Positions 9,916 through 21,906 of a stretch of 64,000 nucleotides of DNA are shown piece after piece. Source of the stretch: Polyangiales bacterium (GTDB taxonomy: Bacteria; Myxococcota_A; Polyangia; Polyangiales; JADJQN01); assembly GCA_964202905.1 (NCBI GenBank), contig CAXNJO010000006.1, positions 256,001-320,000 on the forward strand. The letters are read 5' to 3'. The notes under the pieces are model-generated. The model was given only the letters and a program-made list of their open reading frames with translations, made no database searches and was not told where the DNA came from. Both the position numbers and the translations under genes were made by a program. The first letter of the stretch is position 1, and every line of letters starts with the position of its first letter.

Positions 9916-11208
9916 ATGGAGCCGGGCCCGCTCGAGGAGAACTCCGCGGAGGCGATCCACCGCGCCGTCGCGGCGGTGGCGCTCCGTGCGCGCGAGGCCG
10001 CGCGCGAGCTCGCTCGACTCCCGACGGAGCGCAAGGACGCGGTGCTGCGGCGCGTGGCCGCTGGGCTCCGTGGGCCGCACCGCGCGGCCGTGCTCGCCGC
10101 GAACGCCGCCGATCTCGCCGCCGCGGACGCGCGCGGGATGTCGGCTGCGATGCGTGACCGGCTCCGCCTCGACGCGGCGCGCATCGACGGCATCGCGGGC
10201 GCGGTCGAGCAGATCGTCGCGCTCCCGGATCCGGTCGGCGAGGTGGCCGAGGAGCGCGTGCTCGCGAGCGGCCTGCGCGTGGCACGGATGCGCGTCCCGC
10301 TCGGGCTCGTCGGGATCGTCTACGAAGCGCGCCCCAACGTCACGAGCGACGCGGCGGCCCTCTGCCTGAAGAGCGGCAACGCGTGCGTGCTGCGCGGGGG
10401 CTCGGAGGCCGTCCGGTCGAACCAGGCCATCGCCGCCGTGTACGCGGAGGCGCTCGCCGCCGAGGGCGTGTCGCCCGCGGCCGTCTCGCTGCTCCCGACG
10501 ACTGATCGCGAGGCGACGCTCGCGCTGATCCGGCAGGCGGGCGTCGTCGACCTCGTCATCCCGCGCGGCGGCGAGTCGCTGATCCGCTTCGTCACCGAGC
10601 ACGCGCGCGTGCCCGTGATCCAGCACTACAAGGGCGTCTGTCACCTCTACGTCGACGGTGACGCGGACCTCGCGATGGCCGAGGCGCTCCTCTTGAACGG
10701 CAAGGTGCAGCGCCCGAGCGCGTGCAACGCCCTCGAGACCCTGCTCGTCGATCGCGCCTGCGCGGAGACGTTCGTCCCGCGTGCCGTCGCGGCGCTGCAG
10801 GCGCGCGGCGTCGAGGTGCGCGGGGATGCGGCCGTGCGTGCGCTCGCGCCGGGCGTCGCCGCGGCCACGGACGCGGACTGGGACACCGAATACCTCGATC
10901 TCGTGCTCTCGGTCGGCGTCGTCGACGGGCTCGACGGCGCGCTCGCGCACATCGCGCGGCACGGCACGCTGCACACCGAGGCGATCGTCACGCGCGACGC
11001 CGCGCGCGCGCGGCGCTTCGTGCGCGAGGTCGACGCGAGCCTCGTGCTCGTGAACGCCTCGACGCGCTTCAACGACGGCACCGAGCTCGGGCTCGGCGCG
11101 GAGATCGGCATCTCGACGACGAAACTGCACGCGTACGGCCCGATGGGCCTCCGCGAGCTCTGCACGCAGAAGTGGGTCGGGCACGGGGACGGGCAGGTTC
11201 GCGGCTGA
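9916..11208 (+). CDS. proA: Gamma-glutamyl phosphate reductase
   Basis: VPLGLVGIVYEARPNVT, LKSGNA, IPRGG, CNALETLL, NASTRFNDG, GISTTKLHAYGPMGL. AGGAG RBS. Confidence 0.96.
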   Translation: MEPGPLEENSAEAIHRAVAAVALRAREAARELARLPTERKDAVLRRVAAGLRGPHRAAVLAANAADLAAADARGMSAAMRDRLRLDAARIDGIAGAVEQIVALPDPVGEVAEERVLASGLRVARMRVPLGLVGIVYEARPNVTSDAAALCLKSGNACVLRGGSEAVRSNQAIAAVYAEALAAEGVSPAAVSLLPTTDREATLALIRQAGVVDLVIPRGGESLIRFVTEHARVPVIQHYKGVCHLYVDGDADLAMAEALLLNGKVQRPSACNALETLLVDRACAETFVPRAVAALQARGVEVRGDAAVRALAPGVAAATDADWDTEYLDLVLSVGVVDGLDGALAHIARHGTLHTEAIVTRDAARARRFVREVDASLVLVNASTRFNDGTELGLGAEIGISTTKLHAYGPMGLRELCTQKWVGHGDGQVRG

Positions 11209-11234
11209 CCGCCGCGACCGCGAAGGGAGATCGC

Positions 11235-12008
11235 TTGGCGACCAGGAAGAGCATCGGGGAAGGCAAGGGAGAGGCGTCCGACGGCGGCCGCGCGACGGCG
11301 AGCGGTAAGCCGGCCGCCAGCCGGTCCGCAGCGGGCAAGACCGCGACGGGCAAGACCGCGACGGGCAAGACCGCGACGGGCAAGGCCGCGGCGAGCAAGC
11401 CAGCGTCCGGCACGACGGGCGCACGAGCGCGCGTCGGTGCGCGTCCGCGCCTCAAGGTCGGCTCGCGGCCCGTCTCGGCCGCACCGCGCGAGCCGGTCGC
11501 GGCAGCGCGTCGTGCGTCCGCGGCGTCCGAGACGCCCGCGCCGTCGACGGTCGCAGCCGCGACGCCGCGCAAGGCCTCGATCCCGCCCCCGCCGGAGGCC
11601 GTGCCGACGCGCGCGCGCACGGCGAAGACGGTGAAGAAGGCCGCCGCGAAAGACGACGCCGGTCGCCGCGTGGCGCTCGCGATCGCCGCGGCGGGGACCG
11701 ACAAGAAGGCCGTCGACGTCGAGATCGTCGACGTGCGCGGCAAGGTCGACTACGCGGACTACGTCGTCGTGATGAGCGGCCGCAGCGAGCGGCAGGTCTC
11801 GGCGCTCGCGCGGAACATCGAAGAGGACCTCCTCAAGAAGCAGAAGGTCCGCTGCAGCGGCGTCGAGGGGCTCGGCCAGGGGGCCTGGGTCCTCATGGAT
11901 TTCGGCGACGTCATCGTCCACATCTTCCACGAGGACACCCGCGGCTATTACGACCTCGACTCGCTCTGGGGCGATGCGGCGCGGGTCGTGCCGACGAGCC
12001 AGGCCTAG
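11235..12008 (+). CDS. rsfS: Ribosome silencing factor with long basic low-complexity N-terminal extension
   Basis: C-terminal DKKAVDVEIVDV...WVLMDFGDVIVHIF...RGYYDLDSLW. The TTG start after GGGAGA is inferred. Confidence 0.9.
   Translation: MATRKSIGEGKGEASDGGRATASGKPAASRSAAGKTATGKTATGKTATGKAAASKPASGTTGARARVGARPRLKVGSRPVSAAPREPVAAARRASAASETPAPSTVAAATPRKASIPPPPEAVPTRARTAKTVKKAAAKDDAGRRVALAIAAAGTDKKAVDVEIVDVRGKVDYADYVVVMSGRSERQVSALARNIEEDLLKKQKVRCSGVEGLGQGAWVLMDFGDVIVHIFHEDTRGYYDLDSLWGDAARVVPTSQA
11333..11385 (+). repeat. 15-bp tandem repeat (GGGCAAGACCGCGAC) x3.5 encoding GKTAT
   Basis: Read directly from the sequence. Confidence 0.9.
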
Positions 12009-12010
12009 CG

Positions 12011-12451
12011 TTGCGCGTCGCGGTCGTCGCGGTCGGCAAGATCAAGGAGCGCGGGGTGCGGGAGGCGATCGACGACTACGTCGGTCGCCTCCGGCGCTAT
12101 GTGACGTTCGAGGAGATCGAGCTGAAGGACGGCGACGCCGCGGCCGTGACCGCGCGGTTCGAGCGGGCGATCCCCGAGCGCGCACGCGTCGTCGCGCTCG
12201 AGGTCGACGGCGAGAGCTGGTCGAGCGAGCGGCTCGCGCGCTACCTCGGGGACGCGGCGCTGCACGCGGTGCCCGCGGTGGCGTTTCTCATCGGCGGCTC
12301 GTACGGGCTCCCCGCCGACATCTCGCGGTCCGCGCACGTGCGGCTCTCGCTCTCGTCGATGACCTTGCCGCATCGGCTCGCGCGCCTCGTGCTCGCCGAG
12401 CAGATCTACCGCGGCTACACGATCCTGCGCGGCGAGCCCTACAGCCACTGA
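12011..12451 (+). CDS. rlmH: 23S rRNA pseudouridine1915 N3-methyltransferase
   Basis: VAVGKIK, FLIGGSYGL, LSSMTLPHRLARLVLAEQIYRG...GEPYSH. Directly follows rsfS. Confidence 0.95.
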   Translation: MRVAVVAVGKIKERGVREAIDDYVGRLRRYVTFEEIELKDGDAAAVTARFERAIPERARVVALEVDGESWSSERLARYLGDAALHAVPAVAFLIGGSYGLPADISRSAHVRLSLSSMTLPHRLARLVLAEQIYRGYTILRGEPYSH

Positions 12452-12712
12452 GCCGCGGTGATCGCGCGGCGAGCGTCCCGCCTCGACGTGTCGTCCGGGG
12501 GGCTCATGCACCGCGCCCACCCGGCCTCGCATCCACGACGGCGAGGTCGATGTGGGATGTCTGCGCTCGAGCACGACGGGCACCGTGATGGGTGCCCGCG
12601 CCCGTCGATCCGCCGATCACCGTCATGACTGCGGCGCTCCGGCTGCGTGACCACCGCGAGGCGCGCAGCGGGGCGATGCGCCTCGCGCGCAACCGCCTTC
12701 GGCGCGTGGTCG

Positions 12713-13378
12713 ATGAGCGCGCCCGTGAGTGTGGCCGCGCTGCTCCGGGGTCTCGTCGAGCTGCTCGCGCCGCGGGGCTGCGCGGCCTGCGATCTGCCGC
12801 TCGACGAGGTCGACGCGGCCTTCTGCGGTGGCTGCGCGGCCTTGCTCGAGGAGGCGCCTGCGGGTCTCCGTCCGCCTGCGAGCGCGGCCGCCGCGTTCGT
12901 GCACGTCGGGCCCCTCGCCGACGCGATCCGCCGCTACAAATACGGCCCGCGCCCCGATCTCGCGCGACCCCTCGGCGCGCTGCTCGCGGAGAACGCACGT
13001 CCGCTCGCCGGGCGCGTCGACCTCGTCGTTCCCATGCCCTTGCACCCGCGCCGCCTGCGCGAGCGCGGCTTCGATCAGGCCGCGCTCCTCGCGGGCCCGG
13101 TCGCGCGCGCGCTCGGCGTCCCGCTCGCGATCGGCGCGGTGCGACGCATCCGCGAGACGACGCCGCAGGCGGGGCTCGACGCGCGGGGCCGCACCGAGAA
13201 CGTGCGCGGCGCGTTTCGCGTCGTCGCGCCCGCGCGCGTCGTGGGCTTCCGCGTGCTCGTCCTCGACGATGTGCGGACGACGGGCGCGACGCTCGCGGCG
13301 GCGAGCGAGGCGCTCTGCGCAGCGGGCGCCGCGGAGGTCCGCACGCTGACGCTCGCCTTCGCGGAGCGCGGCGCGTAG
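12713..13378 (+). CDS. comF: ComF family phosphoribosyltransferase
   Basis: CAAC...CGGC zinc finger, VPMPLHPRRLRERGFDQA, VLDDVRTTGAT. Confidence 0.9.
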   Translation: MSAPVSVAALLRGLVELLAPRGCAACDLPLDEVDAAFCGGCAALLEEAPAGLRPPASAAAAFVHVGPLADAIRRYKYGPRPDLARPLGALLAENARPLAGRVDLVVPMPLHPRRLRERGFDQAALLAGPVARALGVPLAIGAVRRIRETTPQAGLDARGRTENVRGAFRVVAPARVVGFRVLVLDDVRTTGATLAAASEALCAAGAAEVRTLTLAFAERGA

Positions 13379-13387
13379 GCTCACCGC

Positions 13388-14287
13388 GTGTGTGCTGCGG
13401 GGCTGCGCCGCGGAGCGCTCGTGCCGATCGCCGCCCTCGCTTGCCTCGCGGCGTGCGGGGCGCCGCAGGCCGAGGTCGACGTCGGCGCCTACCTCCGCGT
13501 GGGCGTCGACATGCGCACCGAGTGCCGCAGCGTCGCCGACGCGCTCACGGACGGGGGGCTCGAGGTCGTCGCGCGCCTCGAGCGGCCCCGTTCCTGCGCG
13601 CTCGGTGCCGTCTCCGCGGACGGTGCGCGCTCCGCGGTCCGTGTCGTCACGGCGCGCGGCATCGCGTACGCGGCCGATGGGCGCGCCGACGGGCTCCCGG
13701 GCGGCACGACCGTCGCGCTCGTCGCACCTCCGGGGGGCGCGGTGGGCCCCGAGGTCCTCGTCGCGCGGGCGCCCTCGGCGACCGAGGGCCGCTGCGTCAC
13801 CGTCCTGCACGTGGACGCGCAGGGCGGCGCGCGGGAGATCGGCCTCGAGCCCGGCGCGCTCGCTGTGGTCGCGCCTGCTGAGGCGCCGACCTGCGTCACG
13901 GAGGTCCTCGACGTCGACGGCGACGGCACCGCCGAGGCCTGGGTCGCGATCCGCGCGCTCACGCTCGCCGCGACGGCGACGCGCGTGCCGACCGTGCGCG
14001 TGCCGCTCGCGCCCGGCGCCGGGGTCTTCGAGTACGTCCCTCCGCCGGAAGCGCATTGGCAGCGGGAGCGCGCCGCGCGGGACGTTGCGCGCACGCAGGC
14101 GCGCCGCGACCGCGACTTCCCCGCGGCGCACGCGCTCGCGGTCGAACTGGCGCTGGTCGCGCTGCTCGCCGGGGAAGGGCGCGCCGCCGCGTGCGCCGCG
14201 TACGACGCGGGCCTCGCGGGCTGGTCGCTCGTGGGCGAGCCGCTCGCGCTCGCCGAGCGCACGCGTGCGGCGCTCGCGGCCGAGTGA
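13388..14287 (+). CDS. Hypothetical lipoprotein
   Basis: Lipobox LAAC; one DVDGDGTAE Ca-binding-like loop. Confidence 0.65.
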   Translation: MCAAGLRRGALVPIAALACLAACGAPQAEVDVGAYLRVGVDMRTECRSVADALTDGGLEVVARLERPRSCALGAVSADGARSAVRVVTARGIAYAADGRADGLPGGTTVALVAPPGGAVGPEVLVARAPSATEGRCVTVLHVDAQGGAREIGLEPGALAVVAPAEAPTCVTEVLDVDGDGTAEAWVAIRALTLAATATRVPTVRVPLAPGAGVFEYVPPPEAHWQRERAARDVARTQARRDRDFPAAHALAVELALVALLAGEGRAAACAAYDAGLAGWSLVGEPLALAERTRAALAAE

Positions 14288-14356
14288 CCGCGTGAATCGC
14301 GGACGTCGGGGCCTCGCGTGACATCGCGGGGGCCGGGTGGTAAGGGCGCAGCGGCG

Positions 14357-14842
14357 ATGGCGGGCAAGGGCAACAAGGGGCGCGACGCCGGCGTGCAAAT
14401 CGTCTGCCGCAACGCGCGCGCGTCGTTCGACTTCACCCTCGAGGACAAGCTCGAGGCCGGGCTCGTGCTGCGCGGCTCCGAGGTGAAGAGCCTGCGCGCG
14501 CGCCGCGCCGATCTCGACGGCGCCTACGCCACCGTCGAGGGGGGCGAGCTCGTCCTGCACAAGATGCACATCGCGCCGTACGAGCAGGCGGGCGTGTTCG
14601 GCCACGAAGCCCGGCGGACGCGCAAGCTCCTCGCGCACCGCCGCGAGATCGACAAGCTCGCCACGAAACTCGCGCTGCGCGGCTGCACGCTCGTCCCCGT
14701 GAGCGTCTATTTCAAGGACGGCCGCGCGAAGATCGAGCTCGCGCTCGGCTGGCCGAAGCACAAGGAAGATCGGCGTGAGGACATGAAGAAGAAGGCGGCG
14801 AATCGCGAGGCGCGCGCGGCCCTCGGGGCGAGGCGGCGATGA
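14357..14842 (+). CDS. smpB: SsrA-binding protein
   Basis: EAGLVLRGSEVKSLR, HIAPY, RTRKLLAHRREI, basic C-terminal tail. Confidence 0.96.
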   Translation: MAGKGNKGRDAGVQIVCRNARASFDFTLEDKLEAGLVLRGSEVKSLRARRADLDGAYATVEGGELVLHKMHIAPYEQAGVFGHEARRTRKLLAHRREIDKLATKLALRGCTLVPVSVYFKDGRAKIELALGWPKHKEDRREDMKKKAANREARAALGARRR

Positions 14843-15126
14843 GCACGGACGCCCGCGTGAATCCGCTCACGCTCGCGACCGGCGAGCCGGGCGAGGTCGT
14901 CTCGTGGGATGGCAACGTGCTCGTGTTCCGCGCGCCGCGTGCGTTCGCGCCGGGCGCGCCCATCCGCCTCGCCATCACCCTCGGCGAGGGCGCTGTCGAC
15001 GTCGAGCTCAAGTCGATCGGCTCGCGCCGCGCCGAGGGCGACCCGCTCTTCGTCGTGCGCGCCCGCGCGATGAACCTGCGCCGCGAGGCGCGCGTGTCGC
15101 TCGACGCCTCGCTCCGCAGCGCCTGA
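14839..15126 (+). CDS. Small hypothetical protein, possibly a degenerate PilZ-like beta-barrel
   Basis: ATGA overlap with smpB. The beta-rich pattern FAPGAPIRLAI plus a C-terminal helix only loosely resembles PilZ. Confidence 0.55.
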   Translation: MSTDARVNPLTLATGEPGEVVSWDGNVLVFRAPRAFAPGAPIRLAITLGEGAVDVELKSIGSRRAEGDPLFVVRARAMNLRREARVSLDASLRSA

Positions 15127-15189
15127 GCCGGCGGCGCTGCGTGAGCGGCGCTGCGCGCGCGGTTCGCGCCGCTGCCGCCCCGCAGAGCG

Positions 15190-16518
15190 TCAGGCGTCGA
15201 GCACGCCGAGCACCGCGCGCCGCACGGCCGCGTAGTCCGCGGGCAGCTGCACCGGGCGGTTCGCATCGAGGCTCGGCCCGCCGGCGATCGCGTCCTCGTG
15301 GTAGCGCACCTTGAAATCCGTGAACTTCAGGCCGCTCGCCGTGGAGATCACGACGACGCGGTCGCTCTTGCGGATCTCGCCGCGCGCCGCGAGCTTCTCG
15401 AGGGCGGCGAGGGCGACGCCGGTGTGCGGGCACGTGTACGCCCCGCTGCGATCGGCGGCAGCCGCGGCCTCGGCGAGTTCGCGCTCGCTCGCCTGCTCGA
15501 CGACGCCGTCGTAGGCCTGCATCACGCGGATGGCGCGCCGCACGGAGACGGGGTCGCCGATGCGGATCGCGCTCGCCTCGGTGGGCGCGGCGACGACCGC
15601 TTCGAACTTGTCGAAGCCCGCCTTGTACGCGCGGTAGAGCGGGTTCGCGGCCTCGGCCTGCGCGACGCAGATGCGCGGCTTCTTCTGGATGAGGCCGAGC
15701 CGCAGCATGAGGTCGAAGCCCGCGCCGAGCGCCGCGACGTTGCCGAGGTTGCCACCGGGGATGATCACCCAGTCGGGCACCTGCCAGTCGAACTGCTGCA
15801 CGATCTCGACGCTGATCGTCTTCTGCCCCTCGAGGCGCAGCGAGTTCATCGAGTTCGCGAGGTACACGCCCGGCTCGTCGGCGAGCTGCTGCACGATCTT
15901 CATGCAGCCGTCGAAGTCCGTCTCGAGCTCGCAGACGATCGAGCCGCTCGCGAGCGGCTGCACGAGCTGCGCGGTCGTCACCTTGCCGCGCGGCAGCAGC
16001 ACGACGCTGCGGATCCCCGCGGCCGCGCAGTACGCGGCGAGCGCTGCGCTCGTGTCGCCCGTCGAGGCGCAGGCGATCGCGCGGATGGGCTTGCCGTCCG
16101 CGATCATCTGGCGCACGACGCTCACGAGCACCGTCATGCCGAGGTCCTTGAACGACCCCGTGTGCGAGTTGCCGCAGAGCTTGAGCCACACGTCGTCGAG
16201 CCCGATGGAGCGGCCGTAACGCTCCATCCAGAAGAGGTTCGTGCCGCCCTCGTCCATCGAGACGACGCACTCGTCGCGCACGTGCGGCGCGATCCATTCC
16301 TTCTTGCCCCAGACGCCCGAGCCGTACGGCCACTGCGTGCGCTTGTAGCGATCGTCGAAGAGGCGCATCCAGCCGGCGGCGCTGCGGTCCCCGAGGGCCG
16401 CGATGTCGTGGCGCACCTCGAGCAGCTCGCCGCAGCGCGGGCACTTGTAGATCACTTCGTCGAGCGCGTAGCTGCCGGAGCAGCCCGCGACGCACTGGAA
16501 TCGCGCGGAATAGGCCAT
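15190..16518 (-). CDS. thrC: Threonine synthase
   Basis: [10 protein letters not shown] (PLP lysine), [28 protein letters not shown]. Confidence 0.95.
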   Translation of the reverse strand: MAYSARFQCVAGCSGSYALDEVIYKCPRCGELLEVRHDIAALGDRSAAGWMRLFDDRYKRTQWPYGSGVWGKKEWIAPHVRDECVVSMDEGGTNLFWMERYGRSIGLDDVWLKLCGNSHTGSFKDLGMTVLVSVVRQMIADGKPIRAIACASTGDTSAALAAYCAAAGIRSVVLLPRGKVTTAQLVQPLASGSIVCELETDFDGCMKIVQQLADEPGVYLANSMNSLRLEGQKTISVEIVQQFDWQVPDWVIIPGGNLGNVAALGAGFDLMLRLGLIQKKPRICVAQAEAANPLYRAYKAGFDKFEAVVAAPTEASAIRIGDPVSVRRAIRVMQAYDGVVEQASERELAEAAAAADRSGAYTCPHTGVALAALEKLAARGEIRKSDRVVVISTASGLKFTDFKVRYHEDAIAGGPSLDANRPVQLPADYAAVRRAVLGVLDA

Positions 16519-16595
16519 GGGGGCGCGAGGATAGCCGAAACGCTCCGAGGCGCCGTGCCGCGAGCGGGCGCGCGCGCGGCTGCTATGCCTCGCGC

Positions 16596-17333
16596 GTGTC
16601 GCGTGCTCCCGGTCTCTTCGCGGCGTCCGTTCCGCACACCGCGCTCGTCATCGCGAGTGCGTGCGCGCTGCTCGCGTTCTCCGTGCGCGCCGACGAGACG
16701 CCGGCCGCGTCGCCGCCCGTCACGTGCGAGGAGCAGGAAGCGCAGCCCTTTCTCGTCCGTGGGAACTTCGTGCGCCGCGGGCGCGTCAGCCGTGACGAGG
16801 CGCGGGCGCGCAGCGAGACGCACGCGCGCGCGATCCGCTATCGCACCGAGCAGTACGGCCGCTTCGGACCCTTCGGCCGCCCGGAGTGGAACGCCGCGGC
16901 GCCCGTCACCTTCGCGAAGGCCGTGCGCTTCTTCGGCCTGCGCGTGCGGCTCCACGCGAAGGTCGTCCCCGCCGTGCAGTGCGCCGAGCGCGAGATCGTG
17001 CGCGCGTGCGGCGCCTTCCCGTACACGCCGCGCGCGCTGTCAGGGCTCCGCGACCGCAACACCTACCGCGGCGGCGAAGTGTCGAACCACGTCTACGGCA
17101 TCGCGCTCGACATCGACCCGCTCCGCAACACGTGCTGCGGCTGCGTGCCGCCATGGAACGAGGCGCCCGCGTGTCAGCGCCCCGCCGCGAGCGTGTACGA
17201 GCGCATGGACATGCCCGAGTGCTGGGTGCACGCCTTCGAGAAGTTCGGCTTCTACTGGCTCGGGCACGACCAGCTCATGGACACGATGCACTTCGAGTTC
17301 CTCGGAGACCCGTCCCGCATCGCCGCCGAGTAG
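16596..17333 (+). CDS. Secreted M15 family zinc peptidase (D-Ala-D-Ala carboxypeptidase/L,D-peptidase-like)
   Basis: Signal peptide; [12 protein letters not shown] (SxHxxGxAxD) and DTMHFE motifs. Confidence 0.82.
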   Translation: MSRAPGLFAASVPHTALVIASACALLAFSVRADETPAASPPVTCEEQEAQPFLVRGNFVRRGRVSRDEARARSETHARAIRYRTEQYGRFGPFGRPEWNAAAPVTFAKAVRFFGLRVRLHAKVVPAVQCAEREIVRACGAFPYTPRALSGLRDRNTYRGGEVSNHVYGIALDIDPLRNTCCGCVPPWNEAPACQRPAASVYERMDMPECWVHAFEKFGFYWLGHDQLMDTMHFEFLGDPSRIAAE

Positions 17334-17366
17334 GGGCACGCGCGGTCGCGCGCACGCCGGGCGCGC

Positions 17367-17792
17367 TCAGCGCACCGCGCCGATCGTGCCGAGCCACGCG
17401 ACGACCTTCTCGAGGTCCTCGTCGCTGAGCCGCGCGGCAGAGATCGGCCGCATCCGCCCGGAACCATTGCGGATCTGGGCGCGCATGCGCGGCGCGTCCC
17501 AGTGGATGTCCTTGATGGAGGGCCCGTTGTCCTCGTCGCCGCCCGGGTGGCAGAGACCGCACACCGCCTCGAAGCGCTCGCCGCCCGCCGCGAGCATCTC
17601 GGGGGACGCCGCGCCCGCCGTTGACGCGGTGCCCTCCGCGCTGCTCACGCTGGCCGCGCCGCCTTCGCCGCCGGCGCTCGCGGTCGGCTGCGGCGTCGTC
17701 TCGTGGGAGGCTGCCGCGCCGCCGCCGCAACCCGTGACGAGGATCCACGCGGAGAGCGCCGCGCCGCCGAAGACCGTCTTGCCGTGGTGCAT
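17367..17792 (-). CDS. Monoheme c-type cytochrome lipoprotein
   Basis: Lipobox VTGC; CGLCH; distal Met in GRMRP. Confidence 0.85.
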   Translation of the reverse strand: MHHGKTVFGGAALSAWILVTGCGGGAAASHETTPQPTASAGGEGGAASVSSAEGTASTAGAASPEMLAAGGERFEAVCGLCHPGGDEDNGPSIKDIHWDAPRMRAQIRNGSGRMRPISAARLSDEDLEKVVAWLGTIGAVR

Positions 17793-17900
17793 GCCGTGCC
17801 TGCCCTTTCGTCGATGGCGCGTCTCCAAACGGCTCGTGCCCCATGAGCGGGGCGGCGGCGCCGGAGGTCGCTGAGAAGCTGTCGCTGGGAAGCTCGCCGC

Positions 17901-19024
17901 TCAGAAGTCGCCGCTCAGAGAGAACCCCGCGGCCGTCGGGCCGAACGCGGGCACCACGCGCAGGCGGGCGCGCTGCGCACCCGCGGCGCGGGGCGCCTCG
18001 TCGTCGCCCCAGTTCGTGAGGAACGCGAGGGTCACCGCCGTCGCGCCGAAGAGCACGGCGCCGCCGAAGAGGACGTCCGCCGTCAGCGCGAGCGAGCGGA
18101 CGCGCGCGTTGTCGGCCTCGGTGACGAGGAAACGATCGGGGTTCGTCACGTCGTCGCGCCGGACCTGGAGGCTCTGGCCCTCGGTGAGCGCGAGCACGCC
18201 CACGACCGCGCCGCCGAGCGCGCACGCGACCGCGACGCCGCCCGACGTCCAGAAGATCCACGCGTCGATCCCGCGGTATGCCTCGCTGAGTTGCTCGAGC
18301 GTGAACGAGACCTCGGTGCGCGAGCGCGCCGCGACCTGCACCTGCTGCTGCTCGGGGACGAAGCCGCGCATGCGCAGCTCGACGGTGTGCACGCCGCCCG
18401 GGATGCGCACCTCACGCCGCTCGGGGGAGAGCGTCGCGACCTGACGCGCGTCGACCCACACCTCGGCCGTCGGGACGTTCGACGTGAACACGAGCGTCGC
18501 GAGCAGGCCATCGAGCGCACGCATCGTCGCCTCGACCGTGGCGCGGTCCTCGGCGTTCTCCCCGCCCTCGTCGAGGTAGCGGCGGTAGAAGTCGAGCGCC
18601 AGGTCGTAGCGGAACATGCGCTCGTGGCACTGGCCGATGTTGTAGAGGACGACGAAGCGGATCGGGTTGCCCTCGAGCAGGTCGTAGGCGCGCTGGAACT
18701 CGACGAGCGCGGCGTCGAAGTTCTCCGCGGTGAGGAACGCCTCGCCGGACGCGATGTGCTGGCGCGCCTCGACGACCTCGGGCGGATCGGCCCTGGCGGC
18801 CTCCGCGGACGTCGCGGTGTCCGGGGCAGCGGGCGTCGCGGGCGTGGACTGCGCTTGTGCGGCGCCCTCGGTGCCCAGCCAAAGAAGCGCCGCGAGCGCG
18901 GCGACGATGAGCGTCCACCGCGCGCGGCGGACCGCGACTCCCCAGGTCGTTTCGTCCATGCGGACGGGGACGGTATCACGGGCGTTTGCCCGGCTCGTGG
19001 GCGAAAGCGTGGCGGACCTGCGCA

Positions 19025-19025
<1 letters not shown>
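17901..19025 (-). CDS. TPR + PEGA domain exported protein
   Basis: Signal peptide, TPR (ALVEFQRAY...YNIGQCH), PEGA (AEVWVD...PGGVHTVELR), C-terminal TM and terminal Phe. TGATG coupling to the kinase gene. Confidence 0.85.
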
Positions 19026-20755
<1,730 letters not shown>

Positions 20756-20878
20756 CGGGTCTCCGGCGCTGCGCGGATCACCCCCGGCGATCCGGGCCCG
20801 CGCCCGACGCGAGAGTGCGCCCCGCTCGGCCCGTGACGCAAGCGTGACTGCGCCGCGGCCTGCCGCGCGGCGCCGTCC

Positions 20879-21853
20879 TCAGCGGGGGCGCTGCGTGGCG
20901 CCCGGGTTCGCGGGCAGCGCGCCCTCCGCGCCCGGGGGGGGCCGCGTGAGCGTGTGCTGCGCCTCGAAGATCTCGCCGGCGGCGATCGTCAGCTGGGTGC
21001 GCCCCGCGAAGGGCTCGGCGAGCCGCGGGTCCATGTACTCCCACTCGGCCGTCCAGGCGTCACCCTCGTGCTGCGTGCCTGTGAGCCGCAGCGCCACCCA
21101 GGGCACCCCGTCGAAGGCCTGCGCGTACCAGGCCGCCACGGCCTCGCGCCCCTCGTGGCGCGTCGGGCCGCCGGTGTCGCTCACCGTGAACGGGTCGAGG
21201 AGCGAGCCCGTCTCGGCGAACAGCGAGGCGAGCGCGGGCACGTCGCGACGGTTGAAGAACGCGATGTAACGCCGGAGGATCTGCTCCTCGCGCAGCAGCT
21301 CAGGCGGCAGCGATTGGTAGACCATCCGCACCTCGAAGCCGCGGCACCAGTTCGAGCGCTGCGTGAGCACCTCGAGGTCGCTGCCCACCATGCGCACCTC
21401 ACCCGGGCGCGGCGGGTCGGGGCGCACGGCGTTCTCGCACTCGGGCGTCGCCGGCAGCGAGACGCGCTGCACCTCGCGCAGCTGGAACTCGCCGTTCGAG
21501 GTGGGCGTCGCGGAGATGAGCACGGTCTGCGTGCACTGCTCGCGCGCGAACGTCTGGTCGAAGGCGAGCAGGAAGCCGGGGCGCCCCTCGCCGAGCGGCA
21601 TCACGCGCAGCTCCTGCTCGAAGCCGCGCGGCGACAGATCGAGCGGCGCCTCGGTGCAGTGCGACTCCGTGTAGCGCCACCGCGTGCCCAGGAGCTCGGG
21701 GCCGGCGGGGCGCCCGGTCCGCACGCGTCCCCCGCCGCCGCCGCTGGTCCCCGCCAGGTCCGCGGACTCGTCGGGGAGGGTGCTCTGGGTGCCAACGCCG
21801 CACGCGGCGAGCGCGAGGACTGCGAGGAGGAAGATACTCAGGCGCGCCGTCAT
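20879..21853 (-). CDS. Lipoprotein with C-terminal SnoaL/NTF2-like domain
   Basis: Lipobox LAAC; RRYIAFFNRRDVPALASLFAE...GREAVAAWY. Confidence 0.75.
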   Translation of the reverse strand: MTARLSIFLLAVLALAACGVGTQSTLPDESADLAGTSGGGGGRVRTGRPAGPELLGTRWRYTESHCTEAPLDLSPRGFEQELRVMPLGEGRPGFLLAFDQTFAREQCTQTVLISATPTSNGEFQLREVQRVSLPATPECENAVRPDPPRPGEVRMVGSDLEVLTQRSNWCRGFEVRMVYQSLPPELLREEQILRRYIAFFNRRDVPALASLFAETGSLLDPFTVSDTGGPTRHEGREAVAAWYAQAFDGVPWVALRLTGTQHEGDAWTAEWEYMDPRLAEPFAGRTQLTIAAGEIFEAQHTLTRPPPGAEGALPANPGATQRPR

Positions 21854-21906
21854 GGGGGCGTAGCCAAGCGCCCCGCGCCCGATTCGTCAAGCGTCGCGAG
21901 CGCCTG

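Noticed and set aside
12452..12712. Intergenic gap with hairpins (CGGGCACC/GGTGCCCG) as an ncRNA, tRNA or small ORF
   Set aside because: No cloverleaf or recognisable RNA family. Short GC stems are expected by chance, and the ORFs are unconvincing.
14357..15190. tmRNA (ssrA) or an integrated element next to smpB
   Set aside because: No tmRNA-like ends or integrase are visible, and the space is filled by a small ORF and thrC.
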